Source: Staphylothermus marinus F1 (GTDB taxonomy: Archaea; Thermoproteota; Thermoprotei_A; Sulfolobales; Desulfurococcaceae). Taken from it: DNA of 32,000 nt. The translations under genes and the position numbers were made by a program. Numbering within the stretch: the first letter of the stretch is position 1; each line of letters begins with the position of its first letter. The notes below the pieces were generated by a model that had not been told where the DNA came from, did no database searches, and worked only from the letters and a program-made list of their open reading frames with translations. The DNA lies in the NCBI RefSeq assembly GCF_000015945.1, contig NC_009033.1, positions 480,001 to 512,000 on the forward strand, written 5' to 3'. Below, in pieces: positions 16,317-24,104 of this stretch.

Positions 16317-16377
16317 GATCAGATAAGGGGCTCGCTCATCCCTATACGTTGGTCGCCGGTAATACCATTCATCACTT
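16317..16377 (-). ncRNA. C/D box sRNA candidate
   Basis: The minus strand reads aaa-GTGATGA-atggtattaccg-GCGA-ccaacgtata-GGGATGA-gcgagccccttat-CTGA-tct. The C box (16375-16369) and D box (16322-16319) are perfect, while the internal D'/C' boxes are degenerate. Guide spacers are 12 and 13 nt. It sits in a GC-elevated island directly upstream of cutA on the same strand, with the AT-rich TATATTTATTATAAA immediately 5'. Confidence 0.55.
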
Positions 16378-16493
16378 TATAATAAATATACTATTAAAAC
16401 CCTTATTACTCCTATGAGTAAATAAGCTAATAGTATTGAACAATAGGATATCATTATTTATGAGTGTAATGTTAATAATATAAGTGATGATAT

Positions 16494-17762
16494 ATGCTGA
16501 TCAACACATTTAATCATAAGGTATTGATCTTTGAACAGATAATATTATTATTCATAATAATATTTATGCTATTAACTGTAAATTCACATATTGCAGGTTC
16601 TATATCATACTGGAACATTGGAGATAAGATCACGCTTCACATAAAGGTAAGTTTATTAGATAATAAACCTTTACCTAATGCTGAAATAATAGTTAAGCCA
16701 ACTATTTATTCTACACATAAATACATTAATAAAACCAATAATAATGGCACCGCAACGATAACAACAGAATACGATGCAATTACTAATACTGTATATGTGG
16801 AAATAAATTATTGGGTATATGGCAAAATATATAGTGGAAAAATCAGTGTTATAAATAAAAACATAGCAATAACATTAAATTATACTATACTTAGAGCTAG
16901 TATCAATATATATAATGAATACTTGGAACCTACTAATGTTACATACAAACTTCTCTATGTATGCGGGGATAATCAAACTATACTCTTAGAAAATAATACA
17001 CCAACAACACAAGTATTAATCAATGGAATAATAGATAATCATTATCTTCTCCTCAACAATAATACGTTACAAAACTATATTCTCCTACTCAACACAATGG
17101 AAAAACACCGCATAACTGTAAGATTTGATCAGAGAATTCTCGAGGAAAAGAGAGTAGTAATTGATATATATGATCCTATAATTAGTGTGGAAAGATCAAC
17201 ATATTCAATTCAGAAAATAAATCATGAATATTTCTATAAAATACTACTTACAATTAACGTATGCGACGGAGTGAATACAGAAGACACAAGATTATACGTA
17301 AAATATTATTATCCAAAAGAACAAAAACCATTTAAAATTTATCTAGTAGGTTCCAAAACAAATGGCTCTATTATAATATTCATATATAATGTATCTTCTT
17401 CCGGAATAATGAGTGGAACAAATAAAACCTTGATCTTAAATATTACAGCAATGGATCCATATGGTAAAAGTACTACATTATTTAAAACTATATATTTGAG
17501 CACCTTAAGCAAATTAAACTATACATCAACTACACCAACCACGACAACTATAACTACAAAGTATTTGGTAGGCGAAAACACTTCTACCACATCAAATACT
17601 CTACATTTAACAAGCACGAGAAATATATCCACAGAGTATTTTAGCCCACCATATAGTGGAGGCAAAGAAGCTGAGACTTTAACATTTATATATTATTTAG
17701 GCCCAATTATCTCGGCGTCTATATTGCTATATGAATTTATACGTCTTCGTCGCGGAGAATAA
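16494..17762 (+). CDS. Putative surface glycoprotein: signal/TM N-terminus, many N-x-S/T sequons, Thr-rich stalk, C-terminal TM anchor
   Basis: The N-terminal hydrophobic segment is IILLFIIIFMLLTV. At least 14 N-x-S/T sequons are present (NKT, NGT, NYT, NVT, NQT, NNT, NGS, NVS, NIT, NTS, NIS and others). The 'TSTTPTTTTITT' linker is followed by 'LTFIYYLGPIISASILLYEFI' + RLRRGE. Confidence 0.7.
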   Translation: MLINTFNHKVLIFEQIILLFIIIFMLLTVNSHIAGSISYWNIGDKITLHIKVSLLDNKPLPNAEIIVKPTIYSTHKYINKTNNNGTATITTEYDAITNTVYVEINYWVYGKIYSGKISVINKNIAITLNYTILRASINIYNEYLEPTNVTYKLLYVCGDNQTILLENNTPTTQVLINGIIDNHYLLLNNNTLQNYILLLNTMEKHRITVRFDQRILEEKRVVIDIYDPIISVERSTYSIQKINHEYFYKILLTINVCDGVNTEDTRLYVKYYYPKEQKPFKIYLVGSKTNGSIIIFIYNVSSSGIMSGTNKTLILNITAMDPYGKSTTLFKTIYLSTLSKLNYTSTTPTTTTITTKYLVGENTSTTSNTLHLTSTRNISTEYFSPPYSGGKEAETLTFIYYLGPIISASILLYEFIRLRRGE

Positions 17763-18444
17763 GAAATCTTTTATCAACTTTACCGCTTCTAATAAGTGTT
17801 AATGCTTTTGAGGCTAGAAAAAGCGCTTTTCTAGGCACATATGATAAACCAATACCTGCTTTGAGATATGAAGGTATTAGTTCAAGTAGTTCATTCAATT
17901 TATTTTCTGGAACTACAGCCAACATATTGTCTCCGCCGAGATAACTAGTTATACCTCCTAGTTGAAACACGTATTTTGTAATCATATTATAGAGATCGAG
18001 GATTCTAATATATGATTCAAAAATGCTTGTCATCTCAGTATATATTGTTACACTGTTGAAATCGATGTGAACAACTACATTTTCATCTTCTACACCATCT
18101 AAATAAATGATCTTGCCTGGTTTCTCCTCTAATAGACGAGACGCTATTAATTGTCCAATTGCGGGATATTTATGAGTAATCGAGACTATTTTTACTCCAT
18201 AAGGTGTTATAGGATCTATTTCGGTAAGTATTTCTTGATGGGTCTCCTTATCTATTCCATTGCTGAGAGCTAAGTAATGATCATATCTTAGAGGAACTAC
18301 GAACCCGTTTTTCTTGGAGAAAAGAGTTTGCAAGATATCATATGTTCTAGCTTGTCTTTTCTGTATAATCCATTCTCTATCATAACCCAGTTCTTCCGTC
18401 CACTTCCGATATTTCAATAGCTTTATCACTGTAATCCTGGGCAC
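17737..18444 (-). CDS. arfA: GTP cyclohydrolase III (archaeal riboflavin/F420 pathway entry enzyme)
   Basis: 'ITVIKLLKYRKWTEELGYDRE', 'GGDNMLAVVP' and 'LKAGIGLS' parallel the MJ0145-type GCH III motifs (ITVVQIDNYGPWT, GGDNFM, LKAGIGIG) as I recall them. Confidence 0.8.
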   Translation of the reverse strand: MPRITVIKLLKYRKWTEELGYDREWIIQKRQARTYDILQTLFSKKNGFVVPLRYDHYLALSNGIDKETHQEILTEIDPITPYGVKIVSITHKYPAIGQLIASRLLEEKPGKIIYLDGVEDENVVVHIDFNSVTIYTEMTSIFESYIRILDLYNMITKYVFQLGGITSYLGGDNMLAVVPENKLNELLELIPSYLKAGIGLSYVPRKALFLASKALTLIRSGKVDKRFLILRDEDV

Positions 18445-18472
18445 ATATAATACCCCGCTTATTCTAAGAAAA

Positions 18473-18925
18473 TTATTCTATGAAAACTGTTTCACCAGCG
18501 AATTTCTTTTCTTCTAAGCTTTTAGATCTATTAATCATTTTAGCAACTGCTTCGACAGCTCTTCTAGCATAGTCTTCTACTCTCTCCAGAGCCTGCATAC
18601 GTGTTGCTCCAGGACCAATTATTCCTAAACCTACCGGTTTACCGTATTGTATCATTAAATCCATTAGTTTCCTAGCTGTTTGACTAGCTACTAGTTCATC
18701 ATGTTTAGTAGCACCCTTGATAACGGCTCCTAAAGCTACTACTCCATCAACATCGTTTCTTTTCAGAAGATTCGCCACTGCAAATGGTATCTCGTATGTT
18801 CCCGGCACCTTGAATACGTATGTTATTTCTAATCCTAAGAATCTAGCGTGGCTAATTGCTTTTTGAAGCATTAAATATGTAATATCATAGTTGAACTCGG
18901 ACACAACTATTCCTATTCGAGCCAA
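18473..18925 (-). CDS. ribH: 6,7-dimethyl-8-ribityllumazine synthase
   Basis: '[13 protein letters not shown]', '[11 protein letters not shown]', '[18 protein letters not shown]' and '[10 protein letters not shown]' are canonical lumazine synthase motifs. Confidence 0.93.
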   Translation of the reverse strand: MARIGIVVSEFNYDITYLMLQKAISHARFLGLEITYVFKVPGTYEIPFAVANLLKRNDVDGVVALGAVIKGATKHDELVASQTARKLMDLMIQYGKPVGLGIIGPGATRMQALERVEDYARRAVEAVAKMINRSKSLEEKKFAGETVFIE

Positions 18926-18946
18926 TTATTTCTCACCTCTATGAGT

Positions 18947-19417
18947 TTATTCCTTTATAGGGCCCTCATCAGGCCTGCCTTGTCTAAGGCCCTTGCCAGC
19001 GTATTGTGTTAAAGCTTCTCTACCATATTTAACTAGCATTACAAGATTTAAAGCATGTTTCCGTGCTCGATCAACAGCTATATTGTAGAGGTCATCTAAA
19101 TCGCCTGCTTCGTCCTCATGAACAGTTACATCTATAACGTGTTTACCCGTCATAATTTGTAGCATTATCAAACCCACACTCATAGCTAAATAACTATATT
19201 TATCAACTTGTCCAGGACCAACCCATCCAAGCGTTATAACGGCATCACAGCCTTCATCAATTAACAATCTCCTAGCAGCTACAGGTATATCTTTTATTCC
19301 AGGAACTGTGTAACGAATGATTTCTGCTTCTGGAAGATTCTCCTCTATAACCTCGATCGCGTATTTAGCCATGTCAACTCGAGAAAAAGTAGTGTCAACC
19401 ACACCTATTTTAATCAT
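18947..19417 (-). CDS. ribC: Riboflavin synthase, archaeal type (lumazine-synthase-like fold)
   Basis: 'IGVVDTTFSRVDMAKYAIEVIEE' matches the MJ1184-type start (GIVDTTFARVDMA). It is 156 aa and overlaps ribB by 8 nt. Confidence 0.88.
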   Translation of the reverse strand: MIKIGVVDTTFSRVDMAKYAIEVIEENLPEAEIIRYTVPGIKDIPVAARRLLIDEGCDAVITLGWVGPGQVDKYSYLAMSVGLIMLQIMTGKHVIDVTVHEDEAGDLDDLYNIAVDRARKHALNLVMLVKYGREALTQYAGKGLRQGRPDEGPIKE

Positions 19418-20096
19418 TTAAATACCCTCTCTTCTCTGCTTCTGCAACAATGTCTACTCCATCTATAAAGAATAGTCCGTTCCTGATTGCGAATCTCTTA
19501 GCATCTTCATAGGGTAGGCTCTGCCCTTCATCCAGCATTTCAGCAATAACTATAGATGGTGTTAAACCTGTGATTAACGATAATGCAACGGATAATTCTG
19601 TATGTCCTCTCCTATTAGCTAATCCTCTCGATGTAAGTATTGGGACATGGCCTGGAGCATAGAATTCTTTAAGAAACCTATCTCTAGCTTCCTCCATATA
19701 ACCTTTATAGATCAAAGCCGCTATTTCAGATAATGCTTTTATAGTTAATGCTTTATCGGAATCGCTAATCCCGGTTTTCGTGGCTACATGGTTTAACCAT
19801 ATATTGAAAGCAGGGGGATCACCATATCTTGGTTTCCTAGTGGCTAGTTCTCGTATGCTTGGATGCTTAATTATTAGGTCTTGGAGGAACGGCAGATCTA
19901 GGGCTTCCCTGAATAGTCTACCTGATACAAAACATATTTGTCCGCCAGCGTATTTTCTCAGATAAGCTATTTTCTTATAATCAATTGTTCCAGCATAGAA
20001 AACCATGTCTGTTTCAGCTTCTCTCTCAATACTATCAAAGATTAATACGGGTTTACCACTTAACAAAGCATTTCTAATATCGAGCCAGCTAATCAA
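19410..20096 (-). CDS. ribB: 3,4-dihydroxy-2-butanone-4-phosphate synthase
   Basis: 'VLIFDSIEREAETDMVFYAG...YAGGQICFV' and 'RRGHTELSVAL' are DHBPS motifs. TTG start, 9 nt after GGAGG (on the minus strand). Confidence 0.9.
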   Translation of the reverse strand: MISWLDIRNALLSGKPVLIFDSIEREAETDMVFYAGTIDYKKIAYLRKYAGGQICFVSGRLFREALDLPFLQDLIIKHPSIRELATRKPRYGDPPAFNIWLNHVATKTGISDSDKALTIKALSEIAALIYKGYMEEARDRFLKEFYAPGHVPILTSRGLANRRGHTELSVALSLITGLTPSIVIAEMLDEGQSLPYEDAKRFAIRNGLFFIDGVDIVAEAEKRGYLND

Positions 20097-20151
20097 GATA
20101 CTTATCCTCCATTACTAATATATTTCGTAAACTCAAATATTGCTTTACAAG

Positions 20152-20159
20152 TATAAATA
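20152..20159 (+). promoter_or_regulatory. TATA box (TATAAATA) of the amidohydrolase / GC-island transcript
   Basis: It is the only strong TATA element in the 65-bp divergent spacer on this side. Centring at -26/-27 predicts a transcript start near 20182. That is downstream of the track's TTG 20162 and about 7 nt before ATG 20189. Confidence 0.5.
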
Positions 20160-20183
20160 GGTTGATTAAAAACAGTGTGTGTT

Positions 20184-20244
20184 GGGCGATGAAGAATCCT
20201 AGTCCAGCCGGAACGGTGAAGAAGGGATCTCCGGCACTGAGCCG
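20184..20244 (+). ncRNA. C/D box-like (k-turn) GC-rich element overlapping the 5' end of the amidohydrolase CDS
   Basis: The sequence reads ggcg-ATGAAGA(20189-95)-13 nt-CGGA(20209-12)-acg-GTGAAGA(20216-22)-14 nt-CTGA(20237-40)-gcc. G+C is 34/60 in 20181-20240, against a roughly 35% background. The flanking GGC/GCC can pair. The C-box variant AUGAAGA is the same as in the 9364-9417 candidate. Spacers of 13 and 14 nt and a degenerate D' lower confidence. Confidence 0.35.
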
Positions 20245-21346
20245 TATAGTTATTAATACTTATCATTTACTCTATGGAATCGAACTTGAAGATATCGGTA
20301 AGAGCCATATTATTGTAGAGAATGGAGTTATAAAAGAAATTAACCATGGTTTCAGAGGAGATGCTGATTATACTGTAGGAGCCATATTGCCTCTTCCGGT
20401 TAATGCTCATATTCATTTAAACGATTATAGGGTTCCAGAGCATTGTATAGGATATAATCTGAGCTCATATGCTGGATCAAAAGGAGTAAAACATCCGTTA
20501 ATACAGCTCGTAAAAAACCCTATACTACCCGAAGAATTAGCATATGTCATGACCCAATACAGTATAGTTGTTGATTATCAAGAACATTTTTGGAGATGCA
20601 ACGAGTTCAGAGAAAAATTATCAAGATACGGAGTAAAATATATTGGTTTATCTCGTCCAACAAGATATGATCTAGAAGAAATAAGTGATGTTCTAAAACA
20701 CTGTGATGGAATAGGCATATCAAATCCGCTTAAACTTCCACCATGGATAGTTGCTGAGCTAGCACAAATTGCTAATAATAAAATAGTGTCAGCCCACATA
20801 TCAGAGACTAAAACCATGGAAGAACATGGTAGCCTACACTATTTATTGAATTATAGAGTTAAACCACCACATATAGTTCATGGTGTTTACCTGGAAGACT
20901 GGGAGTATAAGCTCTTAGCAGATGAAGACATTGTATTAGTTGTAAATCCTAGAAGCAACTTATGGTTTACCAGTAAATTGCCCCGTATAGATAAAGCATT
21001 AAAACATGGAGTCAAAGTAGCTGTTGGAACAGATAATGCTGGTTGTTTCCACCCCGATGTATGGGTGGATACATTATTGCTAGAAACAATCTATAAAGAT
21101 ATTGATCCCAGAACATTTCTTGAAATGACAACTATAAACGGTTATTATGCAGTAAGACAAAAACCCTTAATTATAGAGGAAAATATGAATGCATATTTTA
21201 TGGGTGTTGACCTAGGAGTGGCTAATTATAGGTCGGGTAATATTTATGGTTCAATAATTAATAGGATCATTTGGAGCCCATATAAGATATTTGTGAAGGA
21301 AAACAATCTATATATTCACACCATAAAATACCATTTTAAAGATTGA
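20189..21346 (+). CDS. Amidohydrolase-superfamily deaminase-type enzyme (COG0402 / MtaD-SsnA-chlorohydrolase-like)
   Basis: 'IIVENGVIKEI' beta-sandwich start; 'LPVNAHIHLND' (HxH metal ligands); 'VSAHISETKTMEE' (the H..E motif typical of nucleobase/nucleoside deaminases in this family); 'VAVGTDNAG' (Asp ligand). The track start TTG 20162 is rejected on the basis of TATA position. The start is ATG 20189, or possibly GTG 20216. Confidence 0.8.
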   Translation: MKNPSPAGTVKKGSPALSRIVINTYHLLYGIELEDIGKSHIIVENGVIKEINHGFRGDADYTVGAILPLPVNAHIHLNDYRVPEHCIGYNLSSYAGSKGVKHPLIQLVKNPILPEELAYVMTQYSIVVDYQEHFWRCNEFREKLSRYGVKYIGLSRPTRYDLEEISDVLKHCDGIGISNPLKLPPWIVAELAQIANNKIVSAHISETKTMEEHGSLHYLLNYRVKPPHIVHGVYLEDWEYKLLADEDIVLVVNPRSNLWFTSKLPRIDKALKHGVKVAVGTDNAGCFHPDVWVDTLLLETIYKDIDPRTFLEMTTINGYYAVRQKPLIIEENMNAYFMGVDLGVANYRSGNIYGSIINRIIWSPYKIFVKENNLYIHTIKYHFKD

Positions 21347-21360
21347 ATGGGGCATGAAAA

Positions 21361-22467
21361 ATGACGATTAGACTTGATCCATGGGGTCATTTCGCAATTG
21401 AAGAATACGATAAATTATTTAAACAATTCGGCATAGAACCAATAGATAAAGCAATACCTTTACTGCCAAAAAAACATTATTTCTTTGATAGAAAAATAGT
21501 GTTCGGACATAGAGACTTCGATAAATGGCTTCAAGCGCTTAGGAATGGTGAAAAAGTAGCTGTTCTAACAGGTTTCATGCCTAGCGGACATACTCATCTA
21601 GGCCATTTAATGGTGATCGAGGAGCTTAGGTTTCTCCAAGAACTAGGTGCTCACGTTAAAATAGTTATTGCTGATGCAGAAGCATATGCTGTCCGTAAAT
21701 TATCTCGTGAGGAAACAATAGAGTATGGAATCGAATATATTACTCATGCTATTGCTTGGGGACTTGATCCTGAGAAAACAGAATTCTATTTCCAAACAGC
21801 GCAGAAAACAGAATATTATAGATTAATACAAATGTTCTCGAGAAAAGTCAGTATGGCTGAGATGGAAGCTATATATGGAGATATAAGCCCCGGTAAAATA
21901 ATTGCATCCCTAACACAAGCAGCAGACATACTCCACCTACAATTACCGGAGTATGGTGGATATAAATATGTTCTAGTCCCTGTAGGAGCCGATCAAGATC
22001 CTCATCTTAGGCTTTCAAGAGACATTGCTGATAGATTCCATACAGAACTCGGACTCAACAGACCAGCTTCATTCTATCACAAATTCATTCGAGGACTCGA
22101 TGGAAACAAGATGAGTAGTTCGAAACCAGACTATGCAATATTTCTTCTAGATAAACCAGATATTATCAAGAAAAAGGTAATGATGGCGCTTACAGGGGGG
22201 AGAGCAACAGCTGAGGAGCAAAGAAGATATGGAGGCATACCTGAGAAATGCACAGTTTACGAGTTATATATGTATTTCCTATATAAGGATGACCAGAAAC
22301 TATATAAGCTCTATAAGGAATGTGTAGAAGGAAAAATACTTTGTGGAGAAGATAAGAGAATAGCTGCTAAACTACTAGTTGAAATGCTTACTGAGCATCA
22401 GAGAAGATATAAGGAAATAATGGAGGAAGGAATTGTTCAAAAAATCGTAAAAATACCTGCTTTCTAA
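21361..22467 (+). CDS. trpS: Tryptophanyl-tRNA synthetase (archaeal/eukaryal type)
   Basis: 'LDPWG...EYDKLFKQFGIEPI' is a TrpRS N-terminus. The HIGH-type 'PSGHTHLGHL', 'ADAEAY', 'GADQDPH' and KMSKS-type 'KMSSSKP' motifs are present. Confidence 0.9.
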   Translation: MTIRLDPWGHFAIEEYDKLFKQFGIEPIDKAIPLLPKKHYFFDRKIVFGHRDFDKWLQALRNGEKVAVLTGFMPSGHTHLGHLMVIEELRFLQELGAHVKIVIADAEAYAVRKLSREETIEYGIEYITHAIAWGLDPEKTEFYFQTAQKTEYYRLIQMFSRKVSMAEMEAIYGDISPGKIIASLTQAADILHLQLPEYGGYKYVLVPVGADQDPHLRLSRDIADRFHTELGLNRPASFYHKFIRGLDGNKMSSSKPDYAIFLLDKPDIIKKKVMMALTGGRATAEEQRRYGGIPEKCTVYELYMYFLYKDDQKLYKLYKECVEGKILCGEDKRIAAKLLVEMLTEHQRRYKEIMEEGIVQKIVKIPAF

Positions 22468-22483
22468 AATAGATAATGTATTT

Positions 22484-23152
22484 TCAAGATAGTATTTCTT
22501 CCATGAACCTCTTAGCAGACTCTACGGGGTCATCTGCCTTAGTTATAGCACTACCAACAACAACTATATCCGCACCAGCATCAACTAATGGTTTTGCTTT
22601 ACCATGCTTTATTCCTCCGGCAACAGCTATTTTAGCATTTATATTCTTCTTTAACATTTTGATCTCATCTATTAGTTGATCTATTGTTAATCCTCTACTA
22701 CGCTGAACATCTATTCCAACATGATATAATACTACGTCTACACCGAGCCTGTCAAGTTCTAGAGCTCTTTTATATGGGTTAGGATGATTTATCAAGTCCA
22801 CAATTAAAAGCTTATTATATTCATGTGCCTTATCTATGGATTCCCTTATTGTTGAGTCATCAGCTAAGCCGAGAACAGTGTATGCATCAGCACCAGCACT
22901 CAAAACTATTTCACCCTCAAACGCCCCGGTATCCATAGTCTTAGTATCAGCTACAACGAAGCAATTAGTGGATTTCTTTAAAACATCAACTCCTATCCTG
23001 CCCCAAGCCTTTATGAGCGGAGTCCCTGCTTCCATCCATATATTCCCACATCCAAGCTCAGCAACTATACGTGTAGATAAGCTTAATGCTTTAAACAAGT
23101 CATCAACATCCAGAGCAACCTGAAGAATAGGTTTCACTTTTTGTCGCCTCAA
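22484..23152 (-). CDS. hps: 3-hexulose-6-phosphate synthase (OMPDC-suprafamily), stand-alone
   Basis: 'LQVALDVDD', 'EAGTPLIK', 'VVADTKTMDTGAFE', 'HVGIDVQ', 'IAVAGGI' and 'GADIVVVGSAIT' follow the HPS/KGPDC motif order. Confidence 0.8.
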   Translation of the reverse strand: MRRQKVKPILQVALDVDDLFKALSLSTRIVAELGCGNIWMEAGTPLIKAWGRIGVDVLKKSTNCFVVADTKTMDTGAFEGEIVLSAGADAYTVLGLADDSTIRESIDKAHEYNKLLIVDLINHPNPYKRALELDRLGVDVVLYHVGIDVQRSRGLTIDQLIDEIKMLKKNINAKIAVAGGIKHGKAKPLVDAGADIVVVGSAITKADDPVESAKRFMEEILS

Positions 23153-23301
23153 ATAAACATATATGCATAATTATTTGAATACCTATGGTTAATTATTTTG
23201 TTTTGACAATTATTATAGTAGCACTCTATATTTTTACTAAGAAATAATATTTTTGATCTATAAAAAATTTAGTGCATTATTAATGCATGGGTTGTTTTGC
23301 A

Positions 23302-24030
23302 ATGAATAATATAAAAGAACTGAAGAAGAAGATAAGAGAGCATATATGGAGTATTATGGAGATGAAAAACACAGCTAGATTTCCTAGACCAGTATATGGT
23401 AGGATACCGAATTTTGTTGGTGCAGAACAAGCTGCTTTGAAGATAAAGTCTTTAGATATATGGGAGAAAGCAGAAGTTATAAAGGCTAATCCTGATAGTC
23501 CACAAAAACCTCTCAGATACTATGCTTTAATGAATGGTAAGAAACTGATAATGGCTACTCCTAGGCTGAGAGAAGGATTTCTATTACTTGACCCATCAAA
23601 AATTCCATCTACAAAATACAGTTATGCATCAACTATTAGAGGAGCATTTATTTATGGAAGAAAGATTTCTCTACGCGAAATACCCATGGTAGACCTTATT
23701 GTGACAGGTTGTGTCGCAGTGGATAGAAGGGGCGGTAGACTTGGTAAAGGAGGTGGTTATGCAGAACTAGAATACGCTATACTACGCGAAATAGGATCGA
23801 TTGATGAACAAGTATATGTTGTTACAACGGTTCATGATATACAAATAGTTGATCATGTTCCTTTAGAACCACATGACTTAACAGTGGATATAATAGCGAC
23901 TCCTACTAGGATCCACATTGTTGAGCCAAGGCCTCCCAAGCCTAAAGGTATTATTTGGGAACTATTAGGTGAGAAGAGAAAACTCAGTGTCTTCAGAGAA
24001 CTAGAAGATATTGTTAAGAAGAAATCTTAG
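23302..24030 (+). CDS. 5-formyltetrahydrofolate cyclo-ligase family protein (long archaeal form)
   Basis: 'LKKKIREHIW', 'NPDSPQKPLR', 'ATPRLREGFLLLDP', 'VTGCVAVDRRGGRLGKGGGYAELEY' (the family's GxGxGYYD-like loop) are present. The track starts at ATG 23287, and ATG 23302 (MNNIKEL) is equally possible. Confidence 0.7.
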   Translation: MNNIKELKKKIREHIWSIMEMKNTARFPRPVYGRIPNFVGAEQAALKIKSLDIWEKAEVIKANPDSPQKPLRYYALMNGKKLIMATPRLREGFLLLDPSKIPSTKYSYASTIRGAFIYGRKISLREIPMVDLIVTGCVAVDRRGGRLGKGGGYAELEYAILREIGSIDEQVYVVTTVHDIQIVDHVPLEPHDLTVDIIATPTRIHIVEPRPPKPKGIIWELLGEKRKLSVFRELEDIVKKKS

Positions 24031-24104
24031 GATAAGTAATGGTTTCCACTAGAATCATTTATTATTTATATCTTGTTCATGTATACGTATTACTGGTGGT
24101 GATA

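Noticed and set aside
20162-20188. Track start TTG 20162 for the amidohydrolase (MIKNSVCWA...)
   Set aside because: The only strong TATA box (20152-20159) lies immediately upstream, which predicts transcription initiation near 20182, downstream of this codon.
22476-23123. Plus-strand ORFs 22476..22679 and 22836..23123 antisense to the HPS gene
   Set aside because: Shadow ORFs. The Ala/Ser/Thr/Pro-rich translation mirrors the GC-richer HPS codons.
24039-24104. Hydrophobic N-terminal extension of the GGPP synthase ORF (MVSTRIIYYLYLVHVYVLLVVI)
   Set aside because: It is an AT-rich promoter-like sequence read as codons. An SD-like GGTGGTGA precedes ATG 24105, which gives the family-typical N-terminus.
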